DNA from: Eremomyces bilateralis CBS 781.70
Taxonomy: Eukaryota
Length of the DNA stretch: 64,000 bases
Direction: 5' to 3' (one strand)
NCBI GenBank assembly: GCA_010015585.1
Contig: ML975169.1
Shown here: positions 60,517 to 64,000 of the stretch, piece after piece
Position numbering within the stretch: position 1 is the stretch's first letter
How the letters are laid out: every line of letters begins with the position of its first letter
Translations under genes and position numbers: made by a program
The notes under the pieces: generated by a model
Database searches by the model: none
What the model saw: the letters and a program-made list of their open reading frames with translations, nothing else
Told to the model about the DNA's origin: nothing

Positions 60517-62784
60517 CTAAAACTGCCAACTATCCCCAACATACCCGTTCAGCAACTCCGCCGGCCGCGGCAACGTCATCCCCGGCTGCGGAAGCGTGTG
60601 TTTCGCATTCCCGCTTCCCGTCATGATGGAGGAATCGACCGTCAGGATCCCAGACAGAGACGGTGGGAGCATCGATAACGGGCCGCCGACCCCGGCGAGG
60701 GTTGACGAGGTCATTGGGTTGTGCGGCGCGCTCATTGCGGATGGAAGCGGCTGCGGGAGGGACGCGTGGTGGGATCTGGATGGCGCGGGTGGTGGCATTA
60801 TCAGGGAATTGAGGATCGAGGAGGATGAGGGAGATGGGTTGAGGCTGAGGCTCGGTGGGATGGAATATGGATTGCCGCCACCGTTCCCTGCCGTCATGCT
60901 CGTGCTGTAGCTCGGCCAACTGCTCGAGGACGGAATGATGGTTTTAAGGGGGTCGATGTGCAGATTCTCGATCGGGAGGTTGGTGCTCGAGCTCAGCGTC
61001 GAGTCGGGGATGTATGTGCACCAGGGACCGGATATTGCAGGAGTTGGTTTTGGGGCTCTTTGACTCGTAGGGGCCTCTTCAAAGATCCGTCGGCTTAAGG
61101 TGATCGAGGTGGGGTATTCGTCAATCGTGAAGTCGTCGTCGAAGTCACTCAGGAAATCTTCCAAGAGATTCCCAACTGCGGTGACGGTGCGGGATGGTGC
61201 CTTGAGAGTGGGGTCTTGCGCTTCAGTGACGGACAGAGCGCCACTTTGCTGCCTCGCAGGTTGTAATGTAGGGTCTGTCGCTGCTAATTCTGTAGCGGAC
61301 TTATGGTGGTCCATTGGCTGCTCTTCAGAAACCCGCGTTTTCCGACTGCGAGCAAAATGCTCCGGGTACTTGACCCGGAACCGATCTCGCAGATCCAACC
61401 GTGCCCTACTAGCGAGCACTGTGAACTCGGCATCATCACGAATCCTGTTCCATTGCGGGCCATGCTTCTCAAATCCTTTCAAAAGAAGGGCATCTTCCTC
61501 GTCGGTGAACGGAGTCAGCTCGCGGCGAGCAACCTTGAAGAAGGGCTGGTCGATACCCATCGCTGCGAGGTCGGTAGGGTCTTTCCGGTCGCAGTTGAGT
61601 CGCTTCGGCCGTTTCGGCGGTAATGAAATTGTCTGGCGGGTTTCTTCCCCATTAGATCTTGACTTTGGGTGTTTAGTAGCTGCTGTGTCTTCTCGCCTGC
61701 CTCGTCGATCGGGTTTGGAAGAAGCATCATGGTCCTTGACTTTCGACTTCTTGTAGTCGTCAGGACAGCATGTTCGGAACCGATCCTTCAGGTCCACGGC
61801 GCTTCGTCCGTTAAACGTGTAGTCCGGGCACTGGAGAATCTTCGCCCACCGACCAATACCCAACTTTGCCACGCCTTTCAGCAGGTCTTCAGTTTCTTGG
61901 TCGGTCCATTTTCGTTTCTGCTTAGCCTTGTTTCCCCGTTCAACCGCATTCACTCTGGTGGAGGGTGGGTTGCCATTCTCCTCTACCACCGGCTGTCCTT
62001 GTCCCTCAGCCGAGACTTTGGCTGGACTTCCCGCCGGCTTGATGCTTGTCGTCGTTTCTGACGAGGCGTGGTTCTGTGTAAGAGGGCGAATCGGGGCGAT
62101 TGATGCTTCCCCAGGGAGCTTTATCGCAGTTCCCCGAGCCCCATCGTTGTCATGGCCACCGCGCAATGACCCAGCGTTCTTCTTCAACCGACCTTCATCC
62201 GTCACCGATATACTCGGAAACAACCCCGCGTCCGGCGGTGGCTGATACAGTCCCGGCAAGATCGGAGCCAGTCGCTGCCGCCGAACACTTTTCTTCGGCT
62301 GCGGGGGTTTGGGGAGTTCGAGCACTGCGGGATGCTGAGCATTTGACGGGTGGGCCTCGTTGGATACGGAGATCTTCCGTCGTTTCCTCGGGGCGTGCAC
62401 CGAGGCATCTTCCGCGTTCAGAACGGAGTCCAGGGGTAGAGATGCTTTGGAGGATGTCGGCTTGGTTTGGTGTGAGAGGTGGGCAGCCTGTGCGGTGGAT
62501 GGAGCGATGTCAAACGTGGGCGGTGTCTGAAAGGTTGTGTTCGAGGACGGAGGCTGCGTGATGGGTGCAAGTGGCAGGCGGGATTCATGACGAGAACCGA
62601 CCCCAAAGGCGGTTTGGGCGATATTCGGGTCATGGTTGATGTGATGCGGCTGGACGGGAAGCGGGAGTGAGAGGGGATTGGCAGCGGATTGCGGGTTGAA
62701 TATGGTGGATGGGAGGAGAATCTCGGCATTACCGCGCTCGATGAGCAACGGAGAGCCGACCAAGGCACTTATTCGGGGCTCCAT
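60517..62784 (-). CDS. Tandem telobox-type Myb DNA-binding protein (Tay1/Teb1-like)
   Basis: Two Myb repeats: KWTDQETEDLLKGVAKLGIGRWAKIL..RSAVDLKDRFR and PFTDEEDALLLKGFEKHGPQWNRI..LDLRDRFR. These resemble the LKDKWR telobox. Confidence 0.82.
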   Translation of the reverse strand: MEPRISALVGSPLLIERGNAEILLPSTIFNPQSAANPLSLPLPVQPHHINHDPNIAQTAFGVGSRHESRLPLAPITQPPSSNTTFQTPPTFDIAPSTAQAAHLSHQTKPTSSKASLPLDSVLNAEDASVHAPRKRRKISVSNEAHPSNAQHPAVLELPKPPQPKKSVRRQRLAPILPGLYQPPPDAGLFPSISVTDEGRLKKNAGSLRGGHDNDGARGTAIKLPGEASIAPIRPLTQNHASSETTTSIKPAGSPAKVSAEGQGQPVVEENGNPPSTRVNAVERGNKAKQKRKWTDQETEDLLKGVAKLGIGRWAKILQCPDYTFNGRSAVDLKDRFRTCCPDDYKKSKVKDHDASSKPDRRGRREDTAATKHPKSRSNGEETRQTISLPPKRPKRLNCDRKDPTDLAAMGIDQPFFKVARRELTPFTDEEDALLLKGFEKHGPQWNRIRDDAEFTVLASRARLDLRDRFRVKYPEHFARSRKTRVSEEQPMDHHKSATELAATDPTLQPARQQSGALSVTEAQDPTLKAPSRTVTAVGNLLEDFLSDFDDDFTIDEYPTSITLSRRIFEEAPTSQRAPKPTPAISGPWCTYIPDSTLSSSTNLPIENLHIDPLKTIIPSSSSWPSYSTSMTAGNGGGNPYSIPPSLSLNPSPSSSSILNSLIMPPPAPSRSHHASLPQPLPSAMSAPHNPMTSSTLAGVGGPLSMLPPSLSGILTVDSSIMTGSGNAKHTLPQPGMTLPRPAELLNGYVGDSWQF

Positions 62785-63041
62785 GGGGACTGAGGAAGCC
62801 CATGGTCGAAGAGCGCAGTGTTTTCGCGAGATGTAGAGTGTATGGAAAGTATGGTGCAGTCCAGGTTGTCGATCAGATTCAAGGCGATGGCGTCAACAGA
62901 CATGAACGCGAGCTCGCGAGAGATTAGGTATGGGTGAGAGGACCAGCCTCGTTAGATGCTAAAAAGAGACAATATTATTATTCCATTGGTACAGTTTTCT
63001 ACAGACGAAGAACGAAACTAGAGAAATATTCCGACGATCGA

Positions 63042-63051
63042 GTCACGTGAC
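63042..63051. promoter_or_regulatory. Perfect palindromic E-box GTCACGTGAC upstream of the Myb gene
   Basis: 10-bp palindrome about 260 bp upstream of ATG 62784. Confidence 0.4.
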
Positions 63052-63327
63052 GCCTTGACTGAAGCTTGCCCTGACAGCAGTCCTTCTTGCTCTTGAAGTC
63101 GAGGCATCCGCCTTCAGTCCCCAACGCCTGGGATATCCATATCCTGCGACATCAGGTACTGATGGTGCTCTCTGACTCCATAGGATGCAAGGACTAGCCA
63201 ACCGTAATCCTCAGACCGAGTTTCTCATGGATCATGCGATCTATTATCTACCACACCTTGCACCGAAATCTTGAGCGCGTTTTGAAGCAGTCCCCAACTT
63301 CTCCTGGAGTTGAAATTCGAGCGTGCT

Positions 63328-64000
63328 TTAAACCACCGAACTTCCATTGGCGTGGGCCGACTTGGTGGTCTTCGATGCGACACCGTTGCTCGCGCCGGTC
63401 GTCATTTGCACATCACCATACACCTTGTCCAGATAGGCCTGGTTGCCCTTGGAATCGGCCTTGATGCCCTCGGAACCCGGGTTCCAGTTTGCGGGACAGA
63501 CCTCTCCATATTTCTCGGCGAATTGGAAAGCGTCGATGAGTCGGAGGGTCTCGTCGACAGAGCGGCCAACGGGGAGATCGTTGATCGTGATCTAAAGGTT
63601 GTTAGTTAGGAATCCGGATCAAGTGGAGCCACAAGGTAAGGATGATTTGTTGTCCTGGGATATAACCCACCTGTCGAATGACTCCATTGGGGTCGATGAG
63701 GAAGAGGCCTCGCAGCGCAATGCCCTCCTCTTCGAGGAGCACACCGTAGTCCCTTGACAGCTTGTGGTTCTTGTCACTCAGCAACGGAAGGTTGACGTTT
63801 CCAAGACCACCGTCCTTTTTGGTGGCGTTGTTCCAGGCCAGGAGACTATATTCGCTATCGGTGCTAGCGAAGACCACGGATGTGTTTCGGGCTTGGAATT
63901 GGGGCATGTTGTCGCTGTATGCGATGATCTCGGTCGGGCAAACAAAAGTCCAGGCCATCGGGACAAACGCCAGGACGAGCCATTGCTTCGTGGACGTGTA
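63328..64000 (-). CDS. TSA1: Typical 2-Cys peroxiredoxin (5' end outside window); intron 63592-63670
   Basis: Peroxidatic TFVCPTE, GGLG motif, [28 protein letters not shown], resolving EVCPANW. Confidence 0.93.

Noticed and set aside
1..64000. tRNA, rRNA or snRNA genes, and cryptic PTS1 signals via stop readthrough
   Set aside because: No convincing cloverleaf or RNA-gene motifs by eye. Readthrough extensions checked for SES1, DERA, HOM2, DLD1 and the peroxiredoxin do not end in SKL-like signals. A tRNAscan or Infernal run would be needed to exclude RNA genes.

Overview
This is eukaryotic DNA from a filamentous ascomycete (Pezizomycotina). The evidence is short GT-AG introns with CTRAY branch points and lineage-typical genes (atg29, palI, aspE-type septin, sad-1-type RdRP, DUF3328). 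I can support about 22 intron-containing or single-exon genes. In order: Rac GTPase (3' end), a solitary UstYa/DUF3328 oxidase, cytosolic SerRS, a GNAT, a fungal annexin, a cupin, AIM11, the molybdopterin synthase large subunit, an RBM5/10-like G-patch protein, deoxyribose-phosphate aldolase, two conserved hypothetical proteins (one with an EGF-like ectodomain), a hevein-domain AA5 copper radical oxidase, GPI2, ATG29, palI, a small secreted Cys-rich helical protein, RPS4, HOM2, DLD1, a SAD-1-like RdRP, an AspE-type septin, a two-telobox Myb protein and a 2-Cys peroxiredoxin (5' end outside the window). Non-genic elements are a Tc1 transposon remnant in the RPS4 promoter, a 17-bp minisatellite and smaller repeats. 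Most of the window is ordinary housekeeping genome. The best leads are the unclustered DUF3328 oxidase with no precursor peptide beside SerRS and a GNAT, the unannotated 13-Cys secreted amphipathic protein, and several candidate splicing or leader regulatory features. Splice models were built by eye and family calls come from motif recognition, not database searches.
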